Shown: piece after piece, positions 23,396-36,377 of the stretch
Layout of the letters: each line of letters starts with the position of its first letter
Position numbering within the stretch: position 1 is the first letter of the stretch
Assembly: GCA_010093705.1 (NCBI GenBank)
Contig: MU006100.1
Span: 408,745 to 472,744 of the forward strand
Direction: 5' to 3'
Source: Patellaria atrata CBS 101060
Taxonomy: Eukaryota
DNA length: 64,000 bases
Program-made: the position numbers and the translations under genes
Notes under the pieces: generated by a model
Database searches by the model: none
The model's input: only the letters and a program-made list of their open reading frames with translations
Told to the model about the DNA's origin: nothing

Positions 23396-25242
23396 TCACA
23401 TCCACATAGAATGTCGAAAACAAGAATGGCTTAGGATCACCTCCTTGCATGTACACTTCAGATCCATGTACTGTGTGGTACATTCATCTGGCTCATGATG
23501 TACTCCTCTTATTCTTTGACTTCGCTCTCGAATGACCCATTCTTCAAATCCGTGCTTGCATCCACCACAATCTTGACGGGAATCTTTTTCGGAGTAAGAA
23601 CCGCAACATATGCCAGGAAGCTCCGTTGGTCCCCACGCCTATCCTGCTCGATGTCGGGGCAATATGGTTTGTCATAGACTGCTTTTGGTCCTCGACTGCG
23701 GGGACTTCAAAACCAAGTGGTCTCGTCGACATGTAGCGTAACGGATGTCAGATTGACGCAAGTTCGGCTGAGAACGGTGAGGAGGTGGTGCCAGTCGGGG
23801 AGTAAGGTAGCTGGCAGATCATCCGGTCAGTCGAAGTTCTTCGTCCCTTTCGGATACCGCTTCGGCCATGACCTATAGTGGAGCACCACATTCTGTAACA
23901 GTTTGAGCTGGGTAGGGTGATCGTGGAACCAAGCTGGACCTCCCCTGGGACTACAGATCAGATCTAACGGGCGTTTGTATACGAGTTCCAGCGCTTCCGA
24001 ACGGACCCGCTTGCAGAGTCTGAGAAGCTTGGTGTCCATCCCGCGCCTAGCCTCATCATTGAGTTTGGCGCTGTATGTAGCTCTCACTTGGTCAAAGAAA
24101 TCCACTTTAGCACTGAGATACGGCCGGTATGACTCCTCGGGGTTCGTATTGTATCTGCAAACAGAATGGCCTTTGTCTACAGTTATCAGGCCTACATGGG
24201 GAAGGTTGTACGCGTATATCTCGTCACAGGAGTTCGCGTGGGAGATCAAGGATGCGGAAGCGGTCGTGGACTTCGGCGAGTCGACGTACATTCTGTATAG
24301 AAAATTGTACAGCCCCTGTTTCGTTGAGACTCTTCAGAGTAGCTGTGATAATTTACCTACCAGTAAAATGGGGCTCACTGTTCGTAGACACTATATCGGG
24401 AGGGACCATTTTGAAGTTGTACGATAATTCTGGAGCAAACGCAGCCGTCCTCAATGTTTCTCACATGTTACGCATGTTGACGCCATCGATATTTTCGAAT
24501 GTGGCGTCCGTCCAAGACATGTTTTCTAGGGAGACATATCGGAGATCAACGTCTTTCATCTTCACATTCCTCCAATGCATATTCCTCAGGCACGTCTCGG
24601 TGAAGTTGACGTTTTTCAAATGTACAGTTGACTAGCTTCTTTACACAAATAGGAACTACTAAAAGTTTGTGTTGGAGGTGACGAAATTCTCGAATTTAAC
24701 ATCTTCCACCGTGGTATTATTCAGATCAAACAATGTGTCCTTGCGAAGTTTCAATGTGCTATTCGAAAATGAGTTAGCATCAAGTCTAATACAAGAACAG
24801 ATTATCCCACCTTTTGTCTGGACAAACGAAGTTAATAATGAATTTAGACTGGTCTCTAAGCTCGTCCTGACCAAAATCCGTAGATGTTACTCTAATGTGA
24901 CCGATCTTCGACTATGCGCTGGAAAAAGCCACGAGGGTATCCGCCCAACAGCTTGCTAACCTGGATAGCGCTCTTTTGGCAGATATCATGTAACTTCGCT
25001 TCTTCGGCCTTGGAAACTTCATGCATGAAAGCATATCTTAAACGCGGATCAGATGCAAAACACCTTACATCGTCCCAGCGAGCCAACTTGACTCTGATGG
25101 CAATCTCTTCGTCTAGTGCCTTCCAGAACATCTCAATCTCATCTTTTTCTGCTTTAAAGTATTGCTTCACGTGAGGAATTTGGGGGGGATCGCTGGAAGG
25201 ACCCACGACCTAATCCTCGATCAAAGGCTCTGGGCCACCCAT
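23396..25242 (-). pseudogene. Family member B: paralog of 5983-7810, multiply disrupted
   Basis: MGGPEPLIED*VVGPSSDPPQ (TAG where A has TGG). Intron 24759-24810 at the same position as in A. Pentapeptide repeats (STVHL KNVNF TETCL RNMHW RNVKM KDVDL RYVSL ENMSW), FRILDLPRE...EIYAY, VRSEALELVYK, WFHDH, LKCTCKEVILSHSCF. Several stops and frameshifts. Confidence 0.8.
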
Positions 25243-25655
25243 TGCACCTGGATCTATGTATCAGCATTGGAGGTTTTTGAAGATAACAGATACAGTCATA
25301 TAGATTGTACAAGAAGTCACACGGTCCAGATATTGCTCCAGGATAGGAAGGCGTACCTGCAGTATCACTGGGTATAAACCGTAACCAGGGCGGTGACGCG
25401 ACTTAAAAAAAAAACCAGAAAAGGGTTATGAAGGTTTGAGGAGGAAAATGCGAGCGAAGGCGCGTCTATATAGGTTGACGCATGTGGTTGCCCCGCGTGA
25501 GGCATGGTCGCTCTGTTTGTTGACTTACCGTTTGTCGTCAACTCTGAGTCTCACCAACATGCACTTAAACCCATTTTGATCGCCAGCGAACTATGATATT
25601 ACCCAGATCACTTACCTACACATAGAACACCTGGTACTCTAACCACACAATGCTT

Positions 25656-26981
25656 TCAAGCCCTTCTGTTCTTCCCCTCACGATCCCAAATGCAACTCTC
25701 GCTTAGTAGTCTCCGCCGACACGTACACCTCGGAAGCTCATCATGAGCTAAGTACGGTCTGTCCGCAGCAGCAGCCTGGATCACCTTCTCTAGTTCACGC
25801 TGAAGCGTCTTACGCTCTGGGTCTCCCTCAGTACCCTCAATCTCCAATCTTATATTTACCCCCCCGAGCCGGGCTACATGCTGTAGAAAGTTGCGTCCAC
25901 CGACCATGTCGACGGTTTTGATAGATTGGCATAATATCTGTCTATGCTGAAAGATTTCAGTAGCACGGTCGGCCGGGGGCGCTCTTTGCCAGGGCGCTTC
26001 GGTCCAAAATCCACTATCGATTGTGAAGTCCAAGTCGACGAGTCCCAGGGCTCGGTGCACAAACACATTGAGTGCGAGACGCCATGCAGTGAGCCAGGTA
26101 CGGGGTGCAAGTGGAATGGTATCATGAAGGCTTCTGAGACCCCGGAAAGGGTTCTTAGGACTTGTAGTGAAGTGCAGTTGTATCCTTTCCATTAGCTTGA
26201 GCTTCTGCATGCGGTCATGGAGGAAAGCGACGGCGGATTGGCCAGAGCCACGGAAGCGGAATTTGTGTTGATAGAACAGTTTCGAGGTTTCAGCATTAAT
26301 TTTGCGGTTCACTCGCATGATGTTAAGGCAGACGGGAGAAGTATCAGCATCATCAGGGACAACGACGTATGTTGTCCGTTTCTCTTTCCCTCGAACTAGA
26401 ATATCGTATTCAGTTCGCTGACGAAGGCTATCTAACCGAGTTGGGGAAATCCCCCAGTCGCTGATGGTGATGTTGTCTCGAAAGAAGAGAAAGCGGTATA
26501 TCCTATCCCGTATACTATCGGGAAGGTCTAAGAAGGTAGTGGGTTGAGATGGTGGCGAACCAAAGGGCCCTGAAAAATATTGATTAGGATTTCCGGCTCT
26601 GTTATTACTACTTGAGGTTTTCCTGGCGGTATATACAAAACCATGGGCACGGACGGCGCTCCATTGTGAAATGCATACTTTCGGGAACCCTCTCATCGTT
26701 ACTGAGACTTCTTCAATGCTATGTTTATATTCTTGAAGCAAGTCGGTGTCCATAATATGATCCTCTTTGATAACTGATAAGAGTATGGCAAAGATGCCTA
26801 CTGGGTAGGCGTCGCGGAATCGCTCTTCTAAAGTGGCGGGAAGTGCGGATCGTATCAAAAACAACCACTTCACTCGTTCGAAGAAGTCATCAATCCGAGC
26901 CGGTAGGACATATTTCAAGTCCTCGGACGTTGTACTATGAGAATGCTGAGAAACCGGGTGATTGATCCAGTTAAAACTCAT
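25656..26981 (-). CDS. Family member C: intact 441-aa protein with F-box-like motif and C-terminal CxC-x8-C
   Basis: Uninterrupted ORF with TTFLDLPDSIRDRIYRFLF, LNIMRVNRKINAETSKLFY, AFLHDR, RNFLQHVARL and PRCTCRRRLLSESCIW. Confidence 0.8.
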   Translation of the reverse strand: MSFNWINHPVSQHSHSTTSEDLKYVLPARIDDFFERVKWLFLIRSALPATLEERFRDAYPVGIFAILLSVIKEDHIMDTDLLQEYKHSIEEVSVTMRGFPKVCISQWSAVRAHGFVYTARKTSSSNNRAGNPNQYFSGPFGSPPSQPTTFLDLPDSIRDRIYRFLFFRDNITISDWGISPTRLDSLRQRTEYDILVRGKEKRTTYVVVPDDADTSPVCLNIMRVNRKINAETSKLFYQHKFRFRGSGQSAVAFLHDRMQKLKLMERIQLHFTTSPKNPFRGLRSLHDTIPLAPRTWLTAWRLALNVFVHRALGLVDLDFTIDSGFWTEAPWQRAPPADRATEIFQHRQILCQSIKTVDMVGGRNFLQHVARLGGVNIRLEIEGTEGDPERKTLQRELEKVIQAAAADRPYLAHDELPRCTCRRRLLSESCIWDREGKNRRA

Positions 26982-29021
26982 TGTCAGGATAACTCATAGG
27001 GGTCGCTATAGTTCGTGGGCAAAGGATTTGGGTTTGTGTCAAGCAAATGCGTAGATGATGTTTAAGTGTACTACCCCTTCGACTCTTTCTTAGACATTAT
27101 TTGTAATTCCCACGAAGCTGAAACAAACACGTGCAAGCAAGGTAGAATAAGGTAGACCAGCTTCCTCCGCCACGATTATATTCCTCAGCCTTAGAACACT
27201 GACTAACACTATTAGAACCCTGTTAATCCGTAGTTTTAACCGACACTCTCGTCTCTTCCGTTAGGTGAACCTTTCTTTGGGTAATCTTTATACATTCAGG
27301 ACTGTCCTATATAGAGAACCAGGATACCATATGAAGTCAAGTGTAACAGGGTGATAGGATTGACGGGTTAAAGATCCATTTCGCCCAGGATGTAATCCAT
27401 ACAACACGAGTTCAGCAACAACTATTACTTCAATGCACTTGTAAGTTTTGAAGTTTGAATGAAGATGGCCGGAGTCTTGATTTGGAATTAAAGACGAAAT
27501 GTGGGGAAGAAAAGGTCAACGATATGGAGCAGTCTCAAGACTATCCATTCCATTGTGCAAATTCGCAGCGGATAACGCAGAATGATCCGTATAATTACCA
27601 TGCAACAGTTTTCAGAAAAGGGAACACAAGAATAAAAGATGTAAATAAGACAGGCACAGTAAGGTAGTGAAAGTGAGCTAAATCCAGGATTGAATCCGCG
27701 TCAACCAAGGCGCCGGGCCGATTATTCCACCGTTTGTGACAACATCACTGATTTTAGATGAGATTGCTATTAATTCTCAGTTTGTGAAGTATCTAGACTC
27801 GAACAATCATTTCATTCTACAACAGCGATGATCATAACTAAGGTATTCCTACGGAATGGTGGTATTTCGGTTCCACTTTTCTGCTACTGTACGTTTCCTT
27901 ATCTACACTATTGAGCTTGATAACCTTAGAGTGAACTTAAAGACAGCGCCGGAGTGTACCACATGCATGAACGGTGCCTGGTATGTGATAACATGATAGA
28001 AAGGGATTTGGGTTCGCCGGTAATGTGTTCTTACCTCAAATACATTTTGCATTATTGTAAGTGAAGGGTCTGCCCCTTGGAGGCACTGGGTTCCCCAGGC
28101 ACAGGGAGCTTTTTTTTTTTTTCTTATTTCCTATTTATTTTACGACCCTGTCCCGTTTCGTCATCCCGGGGGTAAGCCGAGAGCAACACTAGAGGCCCTG
28201 GATTTGCATTTATTCTACTACTCCCCATTTTCCGTTTTATCTCCTCCGACTGTGACGAAGTCTTCAAAGCTGCATCAATGCGACCCTTATTTCTTGACTA
28301 AGCAATATTTGTAACTAAAGTTGGAGAGGGCTAAAACTTTTCGGGGGGTGTGTTGTTACTAATGCATTGTTCATAGCAAACTCGCGAGATGTATAGGTCG
28401 GCTCACAGGTCGCGCGGAACGGCAAACGGGCGAACTATTTGCAGTAGCTCCAAGTGCGTACCCGGAAGGAATATCAAAAGTACAGGATGCGGAATCATGG
28501 TCTAGAGGAGATTTGTACATGCATACATTTACGTTTACAGAACACATTTTTGTGGATGGGTGAGATGCCGGATCTCAAAATGAATAGAAAAGTATTAAGC
28601 GGACGTTGGTATGCTTTACGGTACAAGGTATAAGGCTAGTGTAATTTATTCAAATTTCTTGGTTAGTAGTTAGGCTAGAACGAGGCTTCATGAGCTTGGT
28701 TCGTGGAAACTTCATCAGATAAGTTTTTACCACAACATCACGAACAATTTTAATGATATCTCTCATATTGATGTATCTAGTTATGTTCTTGATGACTCCA
28801 AATGTATCGGATGCCGCTAAAAAAAAAGCCTGATAAAACCCTTACCAACTAGATTTCTAACACATACGTTACCTATTCCCTGTTACCGTACTCCATAAAA
28901 GTCTCAATGCCGAAATTCCGGACAACGAGTGACGATAGTAGGTAAGCGTAACTCCAGATAAAATGATTATAGACAACTGAACCTCCCGTCTCGACGACTT
29001 TCCCGGCGTTAGTAACGCAAG

Positions 29022-30486
29022 TTAATGGTTGGTATGCACCGATCGGGTTCCGAAGCTCTTGCTATCACCACTGTGATAACTGACATCATATTCCGTCGCC
29101 TTCGCGCCCGTTAAACTATTGTCTTCAGTCAAGATGCGCGTAATGCTTTCCGATCGCGTCTTGTCATCGCCGGGTAGGACATTCAATTCGTGTCGAGTCT
29201 CTCCATCCCAGCCGATCTCGCTTTCGTCGAGCTTTTCCGTCCCCTTTCTAGCGCTAACTTTGCTTCTCTTCAAGTTGTCTTGGATTGACTTTCCGATTGA
29301 CTTTGGAGGTTGTTCGCTGGCTCCGGTTTCTAAGAGAGCGGGGAAGTGCTTGCGGATCATTGGACGGAGACATGGGAGACAGGCACAGATGATACCAACG
29401 TTGATCTCAATCGCCGCCCATCCTGCAACGCCCACTTTAAATCGGGTGAAATCAATAGAAGATAAGGAGGGAACCATAGTAGCTAATCTGACGATACTAA
29501 CGACCGAAGCACTGTCGTAGTTGTTAGGACGATGCTAACCAGAAGTAGCTGTAGGGCTCAACTCACAAAGACGCAATAACGAAGAGCCCTAAGAGCAATA
29601 CTTTCATCTTTCTGTTGACCTGAAGTTCCAAGCACATCTTTACCGGTAACGTAAGAGTTGCGAAATCGGTCAAAATGTTCATTACGGCTGCGAAGTAGTA
29701 AAATGCCTTCTTGTCCACACATTTTGATGGTACGGTCAAGTCCCACCCACCCTCGATGGGTGTGCATCCGAAAGTTGCGATGATAATACCTATGAAACTA
29801 TACACACACACCAACGACATGATGGTGTACGCAATTCCATGAAAGAGCTTATCCGGATTCAAGCGAATGAAGAACAGGAGAATGGAGACCTTGACGAGAC
29901 ATGTGCCGGCAAAGTAAAAGTCTTGGCCTAAAAGATCGACCTAGGGCGTATATCAGTCTACTAATCTATGGAAACGAGATTTATTCTTGCTTACAATGAG
30001 GAACGGTCGAACTTTACTTAAAGAGATATCCCAGACATGGCAACCGTATCCGTACTGAAGGTCTGAAGAGTATGTAAGCCCCAATACTCCAAAACCTTCT
30101 GCGGGGTACTGCAGGATTGTCAAGTTACTTACTGATTATACCAAGAATTGCAAAAATCCAAGATAAGACCTATGCCTGGTTAATATATAGTTCCAGTAAT
30201 CTTGTTTCCCTAACTCACAATTGCGAGAATTATAGTTACTAAACTTTGGTTAACAGACGTGAACTGAAAGAGGCATCAAGAACTCACCATCGTCAGAACC
30301 TATCGATCGTACTATATAGCCTCTGGTATATAACCTCAAAAGTACAAAGAATGTGGCGAGAATAGTACATGGTAAACTGATTTCTATGACTTGATGTCCT
30401 ATACATTCCGGATGGACAAGATTAGAACTATAACCTGGGGGAGCTGGTAAAGCTGGTGTCTTTGCTGGGTCGAAATTCAAGGCCAT
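29022..30486 (-). CDS. PTH11-like (fungal rhodopsin-domain) integral membrane protein without CFEM domain, multi-exon
   Basis: PALPAPPGYSSNL, FVLLRLYTR..GSDD, GYGCHVWDI, LVKVSILLFFIRL, GCTPIEGGWD, NILTDFATLTLP, WAAIEINVGIICACLPCLRP. ATG lies 3 bp from a scaffold gap. Confidence 0.9.
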
Positions 30487-30489
30487 ATT

Positions 30490-30589
30490 NNNNNNNNNNN
30501 NNNNNNNNNNNNNNNNNNNNNNNNNNNNNNNNNNNNNNNNNNNNNNNNNNNNNNNNNNNNNNNNNNNNNNNNNNNNNNNNNNNNNNNNN
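30490..30589. other. Scaffold gap (100 N)
   Basis: Run of N. Confidence 1.
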
Positions 30590-32085
30590 AAAAAAAGAAA
30601 TTCAGTCAAGTAAACAACTAACACAGAGAGATAGGTATCGATTGAGAAGACTAAGAGCCTCTAATTGAGGTTCTGAGCGGTGTCGACCTTTCTATCGTAC
30701 AGAGGTATCTTCTGCTTGGATTTATGACATTTGTCCAAGGGAAAGCAAGCACAGAATGGATTTGATCTACGACAATGACCGTTCGTGGGGCTCGTTTCGA
30801 GAACGAAGATCACGACCCAAGGAAGAGTTGAGTACGAACATGGGGCAAAAGTCGATCAAGGCTTCCCAAGGGTTATATTATCGTATGGGGAAGTCGAGAC
30901 GGGAACACCGCCCTTATGGATTGTGGATCAAGCTTGAATTGCTTGAATGCGGGTCCCGGGAGTCCTTAAGTTGAAAAGTTGAAAATCCTCCTCGAAAACC
31001 CGAATTGTTGCGGTTACCGCGGGCCATCGGGTGAGGCTCAGTTGTACCTTACACACCGTCGGCGTCGGTGGTTACTGCCCGTATCACCATCCCAATTCAC
31101 AAATCCGGTTACTATGGTGGTACTTATACGCCTCAAAGACGGGAAATACTCCTCGGCACTCTAACATTCTAAGGTACATTACGGTACCTACTCTCGACTC
31201 CATCTCTTAAACTCTTTCTATGAGATCATTCATATGTTCGTACAGTACAGTACAGTCGCAATTCCCACAGAAAAACTCGAAGCCAGGTCATTCATAGTAA
31301 AAAGAAAATCTCTGTCAGCTTGAGATCCTGACCTTGGCACATGCTCCCATCAACACTCGTTGTGTTTCGTAGTGCCACTAGTCAGTGAGCAAAGAAAGTT
31401 GGCCTATAGGAATTAGTGGCGGATGAAGGCTTCTGATACCCCCGCCCGAATTACCACATTCGGCTTTGGTGAAGTTCGGTTGCTAACACTAGCGCAGAAC
31501 GGGATTGAACTTCACAACGGTCCGTCTCGGCTCCCTAATCCCTCGGCATGCTTTTTTCAACGGTGCCCCACCAAATTACTGAGAATAGCGATTGCGGTTC
31601 TGCGAACCCCTGGAGCAGAAACTTGAAGGAGTTCTCAAGGAAGCTCTAGACCTACTTTTTCCATCTCTATCATCGATTCTTCAACCTCAAAATGGTCCCA
31701 TGCAGCTTCAGGTTCTGTAAAGGAAGATTTCCCTCACAGTATCTAGGGGTATCCCTCAATGTTCATTTCACTTTGTTAAGGGGGATTTAAGCAATATAAT
31801 TTCAGTTACACTCACTCCTTCTTGTATTCCCCCACTGCTTTCACTTGGCCACGCAGATCTACTCCTATCCAGGCAAACTGTCACCATGAGACCTTGTAGT
31901 AACTTCGTGGGTTACTGCACGAGAACAGATCCAATGAGCATCACAGTCACACCGCACCTCTTTAACCCCTGTGTTGGGTAGTCTTGCCAATAATAAACCT
32001 GATATCACCCCTTCTTGTACCAAGTTGAACTCCCTCCACGTCCCGACACTCTGGATATCGTCCGCACCTCCTCACAAATTCAGCA

Positions 32086-33707
32086 ATGAACACTCCCGAC
32101 GCCGTCGCACAGCAAAACGCTGCTATACAAGCTTCTCTAGAGCATTTCACCTCCGGAGTAAAGAGCTACTCGCACATCTCAACCCAAAATGCTGGCAAGA
32201 CTGGCATCCAGGAATCCTGTGAGGTCGCCGCCGCTCACACCTCCTTGGTGCTCGATGCTGTGAATCTACTTCGCGCCGTCAAGGGTCCCGTTGACATGGT
32301 ATTCTCACACTTTGAGAATGTAAGCTCCCAGTTGCACAGTACCTCAACTCGCAACCTCAAGATTTGTAATAAATACTGATGGTGGTGCAAAACACAGGCT
32401 GCTCATACAGGAGCCGTCCGGGCTCTCCTGGAAATGGGAGTCTTCCATGCTCTGCCAATGGACGAATCCAGCATGACAGCAACCGAATTGGCCGAAAAGC
32501 TCAATGTCAATAAGCTTCTTTTGGGTGAGTGCATCACACATTCCGGAGTTACTCTCCACGCCGGTTGTTGGAAGGACCGTTTTCTGACAGCTACCCACGT
32601 GCAGTTCGCCTCATGAGGGCAGCTACTCCTGCAGGACCGTTCAAAGAGGTCGGCGTCGAGGAGTACGCGCACACGCCGTACTCGAAGGTACCCCGATCGC
32701 TCCTCCGATCGCCAATTGACCAATCAGCTCACATCCCAACCAGCTATACCTTGTGCCCGAGCTCGGTGGAGTCTTCAAGCTCATGTGCGACCAGCTATCT
32801 GCTTCTACCCCTGATACGTGTAACTGACCTTCTGTACGATAGGATCGACGAGTACATGCCCCCGAAAGCGAAACTGTACGAATTTTTGAAGGAGACCAAG
32901 TGGCAGAATCCGGAGTCGGAGCAGAGCAACCCGTACACGTTCGCGCACCGCACCGATGGCGAGACCATGTGGGAGCACATGGCGCATTTCCCGGACCGCG
33001 AGAAGATGTTCAATTTCGGCATGCAAGCGCAGACCGCGGCGACCAACTGGACCATCGCGATTTACCCATGGGTCGAAGCGCTCAAAGATCTCGAAAGTAC
33101 CGAAGACTCGATTCTCGTTGTAGATGTCGGCGGCGGGAAGGGCCATGCTAGCAAGCAGATTAGACAGTTCCTCGGCGAGAAGAAGGGAAAAGTCATATTG
33201 CAAGATCGGCCGTCCGTGATCGCGGATATCAGCGAGGAACTACCGGGCGTTGAGAGGATGGGCTATGATTTCTTCACCCCCCAACCTATTCAAGGTTCGC
33301 TCTTAGCTCCCTCTTCTTCCCCTTTCCCAACACCTCAATCCCCATATATTTTACATTTGTCTTACTAACCCCCTTTCTCAGGCGCTTTCATCTACTACAT
33401 CCGCCGCTGTCTCCACGATTGGTCCGACACCTCCTGCACCACAATCCTCAGCACCATCGCAAAAGCAATGTCCCCCTCCTCCCGCCTCGTCATCGCCGAA
33501 ATGGTCATCCCCGAACAGGGCGCAGGGCTCGAAGCAGCATGGTACGACATCACGATGATGACACTCAACGGGCGCGAGCGCACGCGCAAGGATTTCGAGC
33601 AGATCCTCGAGCCGGCGGGACTAAGGATCAGTAATGTCATCACGGTGCCCGGCACGAATTATGGTGTTGTAGAGGCACGGTTAGCGGAGGCGGGGAATGG
33701 CAATTGA
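32086..33707 (+). CDS. SAM-dependent O-methyltransferase (Methyltransf_2 / OmtA-like), ~6 exons
   Basis: Winged-helix segment (ELAEKLNV, RLMRA), SAM motif VVDVGGGKGH, ILQDRP, YDFFTPQP and YYIRRCLHDWSD. Confidence 0.93.
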
Positions 33708-34449
33708 AAGTCGATGGGGGGTTGATGATGCGATGGCTTTATGAGGGATGAATTGTCTGGAAAATCAGGGATGCGTTTCTTTATCGCATTTTCTTCGATA
33801 AAAGGGTGTCGTTATGTGCGCTATGAGAGATGTTTGGATGATCGGTTAATGTGGGTTGGCTGTATTTCGTTGTTTAAAGTTTTAAAATTGAGTATGTGAA
33901 CGATGAGAATGAGGCATACAATCCAGTCTAGGGCTATGCAAGCAATCTACAACGATTGGCCCCTAGGCGTAAATCACCTAACCTTGAAATAAACGAGTAT
34001 AATCACTCCCCTCGTCAAAAAATACTAAATCCCATCCCGCACTCATAAAATCACCCAATTCGGAATCGTATAAATCACGTGCTTCATCCGGGAGGGGGAG
34101 TGGGCTGTGTCTCAACCCAAACTTCTACCACCAAAATTAAACTAAAATCACGAGTGATTGAGCCTCTCCAATATCTAAGCCGCAAGGAACCAACATCTTA
34201 CGGAAATGTAGATCCAGACGAAAGAGCTATAAAGGGGAAGGATGTGGGAGTTGGGGGAAGGACATTCAACCATACCTTAGAACTAAACCATTTTATACCA
34301 TTTGAATTGAGATTAATAGACACCTCGGTTTTGGGTTTGGTATCATCGAACTAGATATACATGGAGTTACAACGATCGATTAAAGCCGATATTAGTACCC
34401 ATAGCACCAAAACCGCAAAACCCCTCCCATACCAAACGACAGCTATCAT

Positions 34450-34969
34450 CATGTCCAACACCCGACATATACCACACATAACCCTTTCCCCTCCCGCTTA
34501 CACAACGCTCCGCACGATGATAATACCCGTAACAACCCAAAAACAACAAGTCCGACGAATCCTCAAAGCATACCGCGAAGCAAGCCGCGCGTCGGGTATA
34601 GTAGAAGTACGACTATTCTGGCACGCGGAGAGAGAAGTCTTCGTGATCCGCAGACGATACATTTCTTCCGGTGCCGGGTTGGAAGAACAGGAGAGGGCGT
34701 ATCGTGACATGATGATTCGATTGGAGGATGGGATGCTAGCTCGACCGAGCGAGGAGAAAATACTTGCGGATGTGGTGGCCGGGACGAACGAGAGAGCAAG
34801 TGAAGTGAGAAGGGACGGTGTGCAGGCATGGGGACAAAAGAGGGAAGCGGGAAGGACGGGGAAGAGCGTGTGTAGACGAGATGCCCTGGTTGAGAAATGC
34901 GGAAGGGGGAACTGGGGGTGGAATTTGTTGGTGTTAAGGTTGAATTTTGCGAGTTTGAGGATTGAGTGA
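34450..34969 (+). CDS. Hypothetical protein (orphan)
   Basis: Single 173-codon open frame with ATG in ATCATG context; CTATAAA ~220 bp upstream; no recognisable domain. Confidence 0.4.
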
Positions 34970-35650
34970 TGGGTTTATTGCTGAATTGCTGAAGAGGTTG
35001 CGTACTTGATAGATGCGTGTTGAGAGAGCATATCCAACCCGGATAGAATCGTATATACCTGAATAAGCTTAGCTCTGGACTTGCTTCAATCAGACTGCCG
35101 ACCTGAACCGTACAAACACTGGAAGAGGAAATGAAAGGAAAAAGTGGCTTGAGCAAATCAACAAATTACCGACGCGAGCCGTTTCTTCTGCCTAAACTAC
35201 GTACTTGCGGAATGCAGGCAACCAATCCGATCCACATATATGGCTAATCGTGCAAAAGGTAACATTCAGACTTCTGACCTGTTCCGAACCGTTCCGTAAA
35301 TACCGCCCGAACCGCACGAAGTCTCCAAGATATCATCCGGACAGCAGAGGTAGACCGCCCAATAACTCCCACCATCAAGGCTAGTGATAATTCCTATGTC
35401 CCTCTCACACTGAATCAATTAGCTGTCTGAGTAACTGTCATATATGCTTTGCTCATCATACTTAGGCAAGCGGGAGGTCGAAGGGCGCATACCATGCCTA
35501 GGCCCGGCATTATCCAACTTGTTTGTAACAACAGCGGCGGGATTCGTAGGTCCCGGCCGTGGAGCACCGGATTGCCCAATAAAAGCCGAGAAAACGCCAG
35601 ACTGTGGAATGTAGGCGGGCATGATACGCCTGAGGGGAAAAATACTAGAA

Positions 35651-36377
35651 CTAGGTGGAGCAGCGCGTCGTCTTACTACAACCACCCGCCCGCGCTGACT
35701 TACGACATCTTGCGCAAGCAGATCTAGGCTTGCTCACCTGCGTTAGTCCATCCTGAGAGTAAACCCAGCGCTCTAGCTTATCCCTCTTATATGCATCACA
35801 CCTTTGGCTGCCGGTTAGGTGTTCACCTAGTTCCATTTCCATGATACGGGCCGATATGGCCGTGATTGAGGCGGGTAGAGTGCTTCATATCGGACAACTC
35901 CTGCTGTCACGCTCACCATTTTCCCAATATGACCAGAGTGTAAGACGCGGTTCTCGGCGTGGCATAGTCCTAAGCTAGCCGCGGCTAATCTGCGATCTGC
36001 GCCAGGGCGTGCTCGGCACGTGAGACTGCAGGAGACCCTTTGGGGGGGGATCCGAGATAGGAATTAGAGAACCACCTTGAGGAACAACCTCTATGCAGTT
36101 TCATGGACTAGATTCGGGTGCATCTTCCATGGGGATTTCAGGACCACTTTTGGGGACCACATTCCGGGGTATTCTTGAGGGAGTTTAGAGGACTGTTCTC
36201 TGGGGTAATCTTGATGAAGAGCTCACGGCCAGTTTCGAGTGCACCCTCATCCTCCATGAGTGCTGCAGAACTACGTTCAACCGCTTCCTCGGAAATTCCA
36301 GAACTGCTTTCAGGCGCATTATCGAGGGGTATTTTGAGAGTCCTCTTATTCGGCCGCCATGTCCATTTGTATGACAT
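35651..36377 (-). pseudogene. Decayed hypothetical gene with Cys-rich C-terminus
   Basis: Fragments IPLDNAPESS / IPMEDAPESS (internal repeat) and RCDAYKRDKLERWVYS..SACARCRK..GGCS, spread over several frames with stops. Confidence 0.35.

Noticed and set aside
28068..28122. Two short GC hairpins followed by a long T tract, like a Pol III transcript end or terminator
   Set aside because: No tRNA cloverleaf, A/B boxes or 5S/SRP/U6 signature recognised; T tracts are common in this DNA.
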